Assembly: GCA_950097015.1 (NCBI GenBank)
Contig: CATNEN010000038.1
Location: forward strand, 3,968,001-4,032,000
Length of the DNA stretch: 64,000 nt
Direction: 5' to 3'
DNA from: Macrostomum hystrix
Lineage: Eukaryota > Animalia > Platyhelminthes
In this document: piece after piece, positions 11,720 through 24,500 of the stretch
Position numbering within the stretch: the stretch's first letter is position 1
Layout of the letters: each line of letters starts with the position of its first letter
The notes under the pieces: model-generated
Told to the model about the DNA's origin: nothing
What the model saw: the letters and a program-made list of their open reading frames with translations, nothing else
The model's database searches: none
Made by a program: the position numbers and the translations under genes

Positions 11720-12471
11720 TTAGAGGCTGCACTCGCTGCCGACGTAAAATCGAATCGATCTGGCGGTGCCAGACCCGACGCTCTGTCTGTCAGCCTCAGC
11801 CGTCTCCTCAAACCAGCTGTCGGTGCGAACGCCGACATTTGAATCGTTCAAAGTGCCGCTCTTCCTCTGCTTGTCCTGGGCTGCGAACCTGTCGCCGCTA
11901 TAGGGGACGAAAACGAAGCTGCTGGCGCATTCCAGGGGTCCGCGGAGTGCGCCATCCGAGATAACGGAGACTGAAATCGGCAGAAGCGGACAGGAGGTTG
12001 GTTGTAAGCCTGTCAGATATCCTGAACATCTATTTGAAATCATGTTGAACAATCTGAAATCCTGTACATCAATCTGACATCCTGAACATCAATCTGAAAT
12101 CCTGTACATCAATCTGGCATCCTGTCTAACAATATGAAATCCTGTCTATTAATTAGACACCCTGTCGTGATACAGAATGTAATTCAAAACCATCGGCTAA
12201 TAACTAAAGGCTCACTGGAGTTGTCTGAAGTGCAGACCTCCAAGCTCGAACTCGATCTTCTCATGTTGAGTCTCGCTGGACGGTCGCTGCAGAAGCAGCA
12301 GCTAAAGCAGTGAGTCTGTGCTCTGGTCGGCCTGCCACAGTCTGACACCTGCAGCTCTGACCCATCGAATTGCTGCTTTCGTCTGCTACGAAAGTGGTGC
12401 ACAATGGCTATGGTTAGCAGAACAGCAAATAGAATGGAGCCCAGAGTTACAGTTGCCAGGAATGTCAGGGA
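11720..12471 (-). CDS. 3' exons of a putative single-pass membrane protein (TM plus cytoplasmic tail); upstream exons not resolved
   Basis: TM-like SLTFLATVTLGSILFAVLLTIAIV followed by stop-transfer HHFRSRRK, a CAG|GT donor near 12349, and further exon-like segments ending ..RFYVGSECSL* at 11720. Confidence 0.45.
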
Positions 12472-13787
12472 CCTGCAATGCCACACAGTGTTATGTGAAA
12501 CAGCAGTATAAACAGTAGAAGGACCACGGGGGTATTGCTAATCCCAATCACAGAACATCGGCATCGTCGATATATTCAACGATTCTAATCGGCATGTCTG
12601 GTGGCAAAAGCCACCAATATAGGCAAAAGAATTGTTGACGAAGTTTTGTCGTATAATCATGTCGGCTATTATTGTTGACCACATTGTATTGACTAGATTG
12701 TTAATTTATACACTTCAGAACAAATACGCATTCACCAAAGAGGTTTATACATAGCAATGTTATTTGTCTTCTTCACCAGGGCCTTCGACAAGAATCGCTG
12801 AATATCTCGTCGATGCCGACTCTCGGACGGCTTTAAAAGTTTGCTCATCGTAAATGGCGGAAAATCGAATCCATAAGGTGGACTTTCACGAAAATCGGTC
12901 ATTCGGTTTGAAAGCTATCGTGAAGTGCGGCTTTAGACGACTGTGAAGCTGTACTCAGTGAAATTGCACCAATCAATTAACTTACTCAACAGTTCCGCTG
13001 TCCATCGGAGTAAGTAAGTAGAAATACTTTGACAGTTGTTAGTATGCTAATTTAAAATACTCAGGTTAAAAGCTGGGGCCATTGAAGAGCGAAATAGACA
13101 TGAGTATATATATATATGCGAATTGCCGAGGCCACCAGCTTTGCCTCAAACTGTGAAGATTTCTGCGCTGAGCGAATAAACAAGCGCGCCTTGTCATTGT
13201 ATGCGTGCACAAAATGCGGCGTACAGCGAAACAGTTCAATTCAAAGCCTTGTTTACTAAGCTAGTGCCTATTTTTAGCTGCAGGTGACCCAGCAATGGGA
13301 AACTGGTGGTGTGTGCTGTGTTTATTTGACATATGAAACACTCGCCTTAGCTAGCATCAGAATAAACATACTTCATTCGATTAATAAACATTTACAAAAC
13401 AATCATAGTCTTGTATTTCCTATTACGCGGTGTTTACTAACAATTTAGTTATACGGCGCTGAACGCTGAAAAACTGCAAACAAAATGCTATTGACTACAA
13501 CAGCATTTTGTAGCTGTGACTAGAACAGTGAGGAGTGCCCTTTCTGCCTCTCCCTGTAGAGCATGCGGATCATTTCACTTGGGACTGCCCCGCCTTTACT
13601 CAGGACAAGCTCAAATAACTCGCCAAAAACCCAGACCTCTCTGATGGATTCTCCAGAGGAGGACCGCGCTGTGGACGCCGGATCCCCCTGCGGATCCCCT
13701 GCGCGACACCGCAGCTTCTGTTGCCCGTTGTCGCCAATGGCTAGCGGAATGGACGGCGACGCCTGCGTCCGGAAGATGCTAAGTGAA

Positions 13788-14302
13788 AGCTGTGACTAGA
13801 ATCGGATCAGTAGCTGTGACTAGAATCGGATCAGTAGCTGTGACTTGAATCGGATCAGTAGCCGTGACTTGAATCGGATCAGTAGCTGTGACTAGAATCG
13901 GATCAGTAGCTGTGACTTGAATCGGATCAGTAGCCGTGACTAGAATGAAGCTGTCACTGTGACTAGAATCGGATCAGTAGCCGTGACTAGAATGAAGCTG
14001 TCACTGTGACTAGAATCGGATCAGTAGCTGTGACTAGAATCGGATCAGTAGCCGTGACTAGAATCGGATCAGTAGCCGTGACTAGAATCGGATCAGTAGC
14101 CGTGACTAGAATCGGATCAGTAGCCGTGACTAGAATCGGATCAGTAGCCGTGACTAGAATCGGATCAGTAGCCGTGACTAGAATCGGATCAGTAGCCGTG
14201 ACTAGAATCGGATCAGTAGCCGTGACTAGAATCGGATCAGTAGCCGTGACTAGAATCGGATCAGTAACCGTGACTAGAATCGGATCAGTAGCTGTGACTA
14301 GA
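13788..14302. repeat. 24-bp minisatellite (GTGACTAGAATCGGATCAGTAGCC)
   Basis: About 20 copies; period divisible by 3 creates spurious ORFs on both strands. Confidence 0.95.
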
Positions 14303-15160
14303 AGCAAGTCAAGAGCCGTGACTATTGCAATGTAAAGTAAAAATAATGCTGACTAGGTATTGCGGATTACATTGCACAAGCAAAATAACACCGTTGTGAG
14401 TGTATAACTAGCATATTGCTAGTCTGATCCGGTTTCAGTCTCAAATTTTTGACGCGATTGATTGCAAAAAATCTAAAATTGCAACTTCAGCAGCATTGCT
14501 CAATCAACAACTAACAGCTGCTACTCAAGGGGGTGTGTCCTCAACCAGTGTGATTTGCGAAAATATATTTTATCAAAAACGATAAAAGAGAAATTCTTAA
14601 CAGATCTGAATCTTCTCTTTATCATTGAACTGAAATTTGCCAAATCTAATTCGGTTTACCCAATTCAATTCAGAGCTGCACTTTCTCAGAAAAATTCCCA
14701 CTTGTCAGTTCTCAAAACTGAGAAGATTGCCTGCGTGTGTTTCTGCTATAGCTATTCTTCTATTGTTCTTCGCAGTGTCCAAGCAAAAGAGAAAATTCTT
14801 GGGCCGATCATTTAGCAACTCTGGAAACTTGATATACCATGTGAGTTCAAGAATTTTCACTGCCAAACTCGGAGAAAGCTTTTTTTTAACTTTCCGAGGG
14901 CTTACTCTTTGCGAGGTTTTCTCAAGAAATCAGAAGCGCTTGTTCCACAAGGCTGAACGGTTGTGGGTGTGGGCGCTAGTGTTGTTTTGTCATGTTTGCG
15001 CTGACCTGCGCCAGTGACGGGGAGATCAGGGAGAGCCGGATCGGATGCCAGGCTGACTGAGGCTTGCGCAGAAATTGCTGATGCGCTGCGTAGCAGGGTA
15101 TCGTACGCTTTGCAGCTGACACCACCGGGATCTGATTCCACAGCTCAGCAGATTTCGCCT

Positions 15161-15284
15161 TATAAATTTCGGGCTGCAGAATGAAGCGTCGAATTGCCTG
15201 ACTCGACCATTTCAGTCGTCTACTAAGCCAGTTTTTTTACTGATTTCATTTTTGTCAAATCAAACGCAAGATCTGCGCGTATCG
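15161..15284 (+). promoter_or_regulatory. TATA box and probable non-coding first exon of the giant gene
   Basis: TATAAAT at 15161, donor G|GTGAGT at 15284/5, acceptor TTTTTTAG at 15518 just before ATG 15528. Confidence 0.55.
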
Positions 15285-15527
15285 GTGAGTTATTCAAGCT
15301 TATAAAACTTTATCGATGCCTTACATTTTTTCTAGGACACGTTTTGTGTCCTGACCCAACGATTTTGGGCACGATTTTGGATGGCAAGTTGAGCATGCCC
15401 ATTTATTTAAACATATAGTTAGGCCTAACGTCCATTTGATTTCGCACCTGCTAACGAATCGCTGTGCACCTACCAGCGCCTAAAAAATTAACTCACCTGT
15501 TAATAATTGCTTTTTTAGAGAAGCAAG

Positions 15528-18500
15528 ATGCGTCTCGCGCTGCTTCTGTTTAGCGCGGCTCTTTGCATCGCCGTCTTCAACCAGGGCGTCGACGCTAATC
15601 GGAATCGCAGGTGAGTTGCGTTCTAAGTACAAGTTCGAAATAATGAGACACGTAAATAACGAGAAGAGAGAACTGCTTAGTGTTGCACAACACTCAGACA
15701 AAATGATTCTCTTTTTAGTAAGATCAAACCCTCTTTCATCTTTCTTCGCAGAAGTATGGACCGCTGCCTAAGTCGCATGCGCAGCAGCATGTCTAAGCTC
15801 CGCAGTCTTAGCTCTAGCCGCAATCGTCGCGTGGCAGCAATGAGCGGCAGCAGGGCTCGGTCTAACTGGGCCCGCAGCATGAGAGTCCGTCGGGTGACTC
15901 GCGCCGCTCGCAACTATCAGATCACGCGAGTGAGCCGACGAGTCACCGTCAGGCGGTTCGGAGCTCGCAAGGTGCAACGGTACGGAGCGTACTCGCGAGC
16001 GACCTGCAGAGCGCTTGTGAGGCGCGTTGCAAAGCGCTCCTCCTACTCGATCTGCAAGCAGTCGAGTCCCCGCTTTGTCTCCTGCACTAGACGGCTCTAC
16101 ATGCGTTGCCCCAAGGGCTACTCGCTTCGGGGCAACATGGCCATGCGGGTCTACTGTCCGAAGCCGTACATACGTCGTGGCGCGACCTGCGTCCGCTACC
16201 GACGAGTTGTGGCTCGCCGAATGGCGTGTCCGCGCGGCTTCACCCGCTACGGCAGCCGCTGCGTGCAGCGTCTGAGCTTAACTTGCGCCGCCGGCTATCG
16301 CGTCTACAAAGGCCGATGCCACCTAGTCAAGTGCCCAACGGGCTATTCCAAGATTGGCAACAGCTGCCGCAAGAGCTGCAGACAAGGCTTCACAATGCGA
16401 GGCTCCATGTGCGTCCGTGTTCGGTACCGATGTCCAAGGAATTTCTATCTGCAAGGCGATCAATGCGTGCGCTATCGCTCGGGATTTGCCAGGTTAGATA
16501 GATTAGTTTTTTTTAAACTTTATCATGTCTAAGTATCACGTTTTACCTACGAGCTTATTTCCAGTTTTGCTTCGATTTATCCTAGTAGCTCCTGAGATTT
16601 TTTATTGCGATATCACCAACTCCAGATGCCGATCGGGCTATCACAGAAAAGGAGATAAGTGCATTCGCACTCTGAAATCCTGTCCACTCAACTACAAGCT
16701 GCAAGGCAAGCGCTGCGTTCTCACCTGCCCAAGCGGTCGCATACCCAGGCGCTCTAGAGATGGTCGTGTTCGCTGTGTGGTTATTATTTCCCGATGCCCA
16801 GTTGGCTACAAGATGAAGCGAATCAAAACACGCCAGGGCTTCAGGTAAGCTTCAGACAGTTAAAAAATTCGTCCCTATAAAAATAACAAGGTTTGATGGT
16901 CGAGTTTCTGAATTTTCACTTCCCACACGCAGGATCCAGTGCACAATGAATGGCGGTAGCTGTGTCAATGGTTTCCGCAAGGTGCGTCGCTACAAACGTG
17001 GCTACGCCTGCGTGAGAATCGCCTGCCCAAAGAACTACGCGAAGCGCGGCAGCTCTTGCGTATACCGATTTCGAATGCGCCGACGCTGCCCTACTGGATA
17101 CACGCTGAATGGAGCCACATGCCAGCGCCTCCGATGCCCAGACGGCTATATCCGACGCGGCAGCCGTTGCACTTACGCCAGATGCCCAAACGGCTACAAG
17201 CGAGCTGGTCGTATGTGCGTCAGGACGCGTTTCGTTGGAAGCTGCCCGTCAGGCTGGGCGCGGCATGGCAGGCTGTGCCGACGTCTGCTCTGCCCTGCCG
17301 GCTACCGAAAGGTTGGCCAGTACTGCATGAGTGAGTCCCAGTGCACTGTTGTCGATCATTTGATTACTGAAATACAAACCTGAAAGAAAAAACTAAGGAA
17401 TCCAAAGAACTTTCTACTTTAAAGGCAGGGTTTCAACTATTTTTCATGAAACTTACTCACTGCTGCAATTTAGACAACTCCTGTCCACCTGGCTTTGTCA
17501 GACGCCGTGGCATGTGCGTAAGAAGTAAGTCTAATCAGATCATTAGGTTCTTATCTGTTTACTTTTAGCCTTAAATATAACTGAAATTACTATTTCATTA
17601 CCAAAACCTGCAGCTCATTGCACACCAGGATACAAGAAAATTGGAAAGCTTTGCATTCGTAAGTACCTCCTTAAGAATGAACCAAATAATCTACAACAAC
17701 TGCTTTTGCCACCATTAACGAAAATAGTTGTGACCACGCAAAACTTTGAAAATATACGGCAGGTGACTGCCCCGCTGGAACCAAGACTTCTGGTCGCTTC
17801 TGTGTAAAGATGAGGTGTCCGAAACGATTCAAGCGAGTAGGAAAGAGCTGTGTGCGAGGTAAGTTCGAGATAATGTGCCAATAAATATGTAGATTTAAGA
17901 CAAACAGTGCACTGCAATCATTCCCATCCAACAGCACAATGCCCGAAGGGTTATACTAAGCGCACAATTCGTAAAAAAGTGTACGTTGGAAGAAAAGTCA
18001 GTGGATCGGAAAAGAAGTGCAGTTGTATCGGGACCAAGACTGACAAAAAGCCGTCGAAAAAGAATTCCATCGACATGGCCTTCGTGGTGGACGTCACTGG
18101 CAGCATGGGATCCGTCATCAGCGCAATCAAGGCCAAGATCAGCGAGGTCATCAACGCAAACTCCGAGTCTCATGTTGTAAGTTAGTTTCCTTTACGAATT
18201 TCGATTATGATTGATGAATTCAAGTTCCGACTTTATCAAAGCATATCTCTCCAATGTTTGCTGCAGGTAGACAAATTCGTGCTGGTTCCATTCGGTGATC
18301 CGAACGTCGGTCCAGTGACCGTCACTCAGGCGAGAACAAAAAGCGCAGTGGTCACTCTGCTCAGAGCATTGAACTCAATGAGAGCGTCAGGTGGTGGCGA
18401 CTGTCCCGAGTTCAGCCACTCCGGCATGTACGAGGCTCTGACGCGAGTGAAGGACAACTCTATCGTGTATGTGTTTACAGATGCGAGCGCGTCATCTCGG

Positions 18501-21500
18501 GACAGGCGGTGAGTTCAAACACTTTCAAGCACTGCTAGCTCATTAAGAAAATCGCTTTATGCTTCCACTAAAAATGGAATTGTTTCCAGAAAGGAGAACG
18601 ACGTCCGAGCTCTCGCTGAGAGAAAGAACGTGCAGCTGAACTTCCTGCTGAGCGGAAATCTATGCGGGCAGCACGACTCGTATCGCAGCTTGTCTCAGTC
18701 GGCCAGGGGCGCCTGGATCAAGATGAGCAGCTCCCAGGCCAGTCGAGTGATGAGCTTCGTCAGCCGAGCGTTGTCACACGGAGCGGCAGAGCTGAGAGGG
18801 ATGAACCGCGACAGTCTGTCTACGTTCGTATCGAAGCGTGAGAAGTGCACCTGTCGCAATGTTCCTCGAGTGACAGCCAAGTACTCATATGTCAACGCCG
18901 TGACATGCTTGAAGAAATCATCAGGAGGTACGTCGAAGCGATGCCCCCGTGGCTTCAGCCTGACGAAGGGACGTTGTGTGAAGCACAGTTCATCGTTGCG
19001 CAGATGTCCGCCTGGCTTCAGCATGCAGACTAGGCGAGAGAAGGTAGTAGCCGGCAAACGGGCAGTCGGCGGATTCGTCAAGACTTGTAAGTGTCTAGAT
19101 GGCAAGCCGCCCTCAACGATCATAAAGAGAGTGATGGACATGGCCTTTGTCGTAGACGTGAGTGGCAGCATGAGCCGAGTGATCAGCGGAATCAAGAACA
19201 AGATCAGAGAGGTCATCGATGCAAACTCGCATTACGGAGTTGTGAGTAGTCTATTGATTTTACTGGCTTAAAACCGCTTCTATTTTATTACTTAATATAT
19301 TCGAAACATTTTAAATGCCACTAGGTGGATAACTTTGTGCTGGTTCCGTTCGGTGATCCGGTTGTTGGTCCACGAATCGTTAGTCGCGCTAACGATTTGA
19401 GATCGCGCCAGGAGCTGCTCGACGCCGTCAATCGCATGCGGGCAGCCGGTGGTGGCGACTGTCCAGAGATGAGTCGCTCGGGCATGTACCAGGCGGCATC
19501 CGTGCTGAAGCCGGGCTCCATCATGTACGTCTTCACCGACGCCAGCGCGTCAATCAGGGACAAAGTGTAAGCAAAACATTTTGAGGGGAGATTTTTTACG
19601 CTTACTTTTTATGCAACCAGAAATTGCTGTCTTAATATTTATGATTTTAATATACAGCACGTGAACTGGATGTTGCCAACAGTTCTTAAATTTGGACTCA
19701 AAGCAGAAAACTTGAAGAAGCAGGTACAAATCTAATTTTAAGTAGTATACGTGTCATACAGCGCCAGCTCATTTATTTTGAGATTTTGCTAAAGTTGACG
19801 TGAAAAACAAGCAAAAAGTTAAACTAAAAATCTTGAATATCACGTTTCAATATACTACCATACTCCATGCAGAACCGAATTAGCGCTTGCCAAGCTAATC
19901 AGCAGTCGAAATATCCAGGTGAACTTCCTAATCTCTGGACACCTGTGCGGACAGCGCACTGCCTACAAGGCTCTGGCATCGAGCAGCAGCGGTTCATGGA
20001 CAAAGATGAGCAACAGCATGTCTGACCGAGTTCTGTCCTTCATCAGCAGGGCCATGGCTCACGGTGCCAGCGGCATGCGCCAACTGAACCGCAGCGGACT
20101 GGCCACTTTTTTGCGGCACCACAACCGCTGTCGGTGCACCCGCAGCCGCCGCACAGTCGAGACCTACAAGTACGTGACCGTGCGCCGGTGCATGAGGCGC
20201 AGCGACTCAAGGACTGACAGTGGCAGCTCTGGTGGCAGCCGTGGACGACGTCGCTGCCCGCCGGGATTCCGGCTAGAGCGCGCTGCCCGTGACGGAAGTA
20301 TCAGATGCATTCGAAAAACTGCAGGTGAGTGTCAGAATATAAAATGGTCAATTTCAGTCTGCTTTTTTTATCATTTTGTAGGACCTAAGACAGTACTTTC
20401 TGACTATGGGCTATGCCAATAAGTTAGTGCAAGCGAATATTTTAGAAAGTGAAAGTTGACTGAAAACTCCCGTATTTAATGGCATTGACAAAACATGGAG
20501 TGAAGAAAACTTTCTTGCCTCTGATTATCGCTCAGTGCTCGAGTACTCAAGATCACCCATAAAAAACAAATTTGTGTTTCTCTCCAATCCTCTCTTAGAG
20601 GTGTACGGTGGGCCAAGACCCAAGCACGAGCCGTTCTATGACTTGTACAAGTCATTACCGGATCGTTTATTGTGTACAACTTATGTGGAATACTTTTCTC
20701 TAGAATAGTGCTGCATTGCAATCAGTAACTAATTGTCTGCAGCTAATGCATGACTTCAGAACTCTGGTTCCATTCTAAGTTAATAAGCACCTGCATTATT
20801 TCAGCGCGATGTGCTGCCGGTATGAAAAGAGCTGGACGAAAGTGCGTTAGTAAGTGCTAGTCACCTTCCTAATAAGTAATTTTTTAACGTAAAAAGGATA
20901 TTTCTATTTCTCAAAAACATACGAAAAAACGAAAAACAGAAAGCTGCCCAGCTGGAACAAAGGCAAACGGAAGCGACTGCGTTCGTGTTCGCTGCTCCAG
21001 GCACTTCCGGCTGTATGGCGACAAATGCATCAGAGGTAAGTTTCCGGAGTCTTAAAAATTATTGTGGCTTGTACTTTAAGTCAATCTTGGAATGATCGCT
21101 CATTGATTTAGTGCACTGCCCGAGAAACATGAAAACCAGGCGAGTTCGATCTCGCGTTCAAGTCGGCACTCGAGTGTCCGGATACACAAAGAAGTGCAGT
21201 TGCATCGGGACCAAGACTGACAAAAAGCCGTCGAAAAAGAATTCCATCGACATGGCCTTCGTGGTGGACGTCACTGGCAGCATGGGATCCGTCATCAGCG
21301 CAATCAAGGCCAAGATCAGCGAGGTCATCAACGCAAACTCCGAGTCTCATGTTGTAAGTTAGTTTCCTTTACGAATTTCGATTATGATTGATGAATTCAA
21401 GTTCCGACTTTATCAAAGCATATCTCTCCAATGTTTGCTGCAGGTAGACAAATTCGTGCTGGTTCCATTCGGTGATCCGAACGTCGGTCCAGTGACCGTC

Positions 21501-24500
21501 ACTCAGGCGAGGACAAAAAGCGCAGTGGTCACTCTGCTCGGAGCATTGAACTCAATGAGAGCGTCAGGTGGTGGCGACTGTCCCGAGTTCAGCCACTCCG
21601 GCATGTACGAGGCTCTGACGCGAGTGAAGGACAACTCTATCGTGTATGTGTTTACAGATGCGAGCGCGTCATCTCGGGACAGGCGGTGAGTTCAAACACT
21701 TTCAAGCACTGCTAGCTCATAAGAAAATCGCTTTATGCTTCCACTAAAAACGGAATTGTTTCCAGAAAGGAGAACGACGTCCGAGCTCTCGCTGAGAGAA
21801 AGAACGTGCAGCTGAACTTCCTGCTGAGCGGAAATCTATGCGGGCAGCACGACTCGTATCGCAGCTTGTCTCAGTCGGCCAAGGGCGCCTGGATCAAGAT
21901 AAGCAGCTCCCAGGCCAGTCGAGTGATGAGCTTCGTCAGCCGAGCGTTGTCACACGGAGCGGCAGAGCTGAGAGGGATGAACCGCGACAGTCTGTCTACG
22001 TTCGTATCGAAGCGTGAGAAGTGCACCTGTCGCAATGTTCCTCGAGTGACAGCCCAGTACTCATATGTCGATTCGGTCACGTGCACCAGACGTTCAGTAG
22101 GCCGATGTCGGCGTGGATACAGGCTTGTGAGAGGAAAATGTGTCAGATCAACCAAGCGGTGTGGACGAGGATACAGGCTTGTGAAAGGAAAATGTGTCAG
22201 ATCCGCCTCTAGATGCGGAAGAGGATACAGGCTATTGAAGGGCAAGTGCGTTGCAGCAGAAGTCGGAGGTAAGTTTTCTGTGAGGTCCGGATTTCTTTCT
22301 TGATTTTTTCGCATCTAACGAGAAAAATGCTTTTCAGTTTCATGTGGCGCATTCCGTTGCACTGGTGGAATGTCTTGCTTAAAGAAGTACCGCTACTCGG
22401 CCCCGGTCAGAGCAGCAGCGAGCAAAGCACACAGCGCCCGTCTAGCCAGCGCCGCTCGGTGGTACAATGCCAGAAGAGCGGCTGAAGCCCGGCGTCATCA
22501 AGTTTTTATTAGAAGTTTCGCAGCTCGTTTCTCAGGTTTGGCCCAGCTTACAACTGATTACAGCTGCCTATAGTGACGATTGCAAATATAAAACCCCTTA
22601 CCTGTTTAGCTATCCGTCTGTCACGTTTCTGCGAACACCAAACCGGGACTCTAAGCTGCCCACGAGGAACGACCATCGACATTGTGAAAGGATTTTACGG
22701 TCGCATGTCGAACAAGCTCTGTAACAGAGGGCCAATTCGGACTACTTCTTGTTCGGCAGGCTCTGCCAACTCGCGAATCAAAAACACCTGCCAGAACAGA
22801 CAGTGGTGTCGTGTGTCTGCGAGCAATAGCGCATTTGGCGATCCCTGCGTTGGAACAATCAAGTATGTGGAGGTCCAGTTCAAATGCAGGGCGTCAAGAG
22901 CTACTGAATCTGCGAAAACTGCAGAGAACGCAAGGTATGCAGCTGCTCTGCGCGCGCTGACAAACAGCTACAACTTGATGAAGGCAAAGTACAATGAGTC
23001 ACTAAAGCGAGTACAGTCCATGGTTAGCAGATGCGCCTTTTCCGCTCCCAGGGCAGGTGAGATATCGTGAAATCACGAAGTTCGTTTCGCTCAATTTAAA
23101 TTATCCTATCGAGTAAAAAGCGGCAGATTAAAACATATTTATTGCTCTGCAGATGCTTGCAAAGCAGTTCGATGCGATCAGGGCACAAAGTGTGCGGTGA
23201 GAAGACAGAGTTTTGCTGGAAAGATGGCTTACAAAGCGGTGTGCGTGAGAGTGCCATCTGAAGGTAAGTTTTTGAAGTTCCATCTAACCCAATGCATGTT
23301 GTTAGACAATGTAACAGACGAATGAAATAATCGAATCTACAGTTCTGTGCGCCAGAATCAGCTGCGGCCGTGGTCGTCGCTGCGTTGTTATAAGTACAAA
23401 GCAACGTATTGGACGGGGGGTAAAAGTTGTCAAGTCCGCCAAATGCCAGCCAAAGAAGGGTAAGAATTGCTTTTTCCATGTGCTGTGCTGAGTCCAGCTG
23501 TCAGTTGCATTGGTCCAGCCGACTTTAAGAAGCACAATAACTGAATTTTATATCTGCAGATCTCTGCAGCACAAAGAGGTGCAGCTCGGGCTCCCGATGC
23601 CGAGTTGTCTACCGATTCAGGAAAGTGGTTCGCCGAGTACGCAGGCGCCAGAGACGATGCTCCTGCAAGAAGGCTGGAAGCAAGCCAGCCAAAGCTGCAG
23701 CTAGAGGGGGCTCCGTTGACATGGCGTTTGTAATTGATACGACTGGCAGTATGGGTCGAGTGATTCGCAGCATCCAGACCAACATTATAGAAATTGTCAG
23801 GGCAAGCAAGGGCACAGTCAGCAGGTTTGTTGTGGCGCCATTTAACGATCCAAAGGTGATTTCTATTCTAAAAAGCACGTTTTCTCTAATCTATATTACC
23901 ACTGATAACAAAAGTCGGTCTTGACTAAATTTATCTAGGCTGGCCCGCTGACCGTCAGCACTAGTGCGAAGCCCATTGTGTCAGCAATCAAGCGCCTCCG
24001 AGCCAGCGGCGGCGGTGACTGTCCGGAGATGGCCATGCATGGTATTCTTGAAGCCGCCAATAAGGTGAACCGCGGCTCCGTCATCTACGTGTTTACCGAC
24101 GCCAGTGCCAAGGACTACGGCCTGCTAAAGAAGGTGATGCGATTATTATCTGAGCTTCTTCTTGAACTAATTCTCCCGAATAATTTGTTCTCGTTCTGTC
24201 TTTTTTTGTAGGTTCGCAATGTAGTAGACAGAAAGGATTTGCAGATGGTGTTTATTGTGACTGGGAGACTGTGCGGAAGCAGCTACCACAATGAGTACCA
24301 GGCTCTCGCTAAGGGTAACGGTCGCGTGGTTACACTGCACAGCAGAAACATCGACAAGGTTTTGAGCTTTATCCGTCGCGCTGTAGCCTTCGGCAGCTCC
24401 CGTCTAAGAAGCATGAACGTATCTGATCTGAGCAGCTATGTTGGAAAGTGCAAGTGCAGAAAAGTAACCCGTGTCATTAAAAAGACGTACAGGCAGTACT

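Noticed and set aside
13987-14335. (VTATDPIL)n / (TRIGSVAV)n ORFs resembling ice-binding or mucin repeats
   Set aside because: A 24-bp unit is open in some frames by chance; no signal peptide or splice context
14555-15141. Short ORFs upstream of the giant gene
   Set aside because: No recognisable motifs or splice support; probably promoter or intergenic sequence
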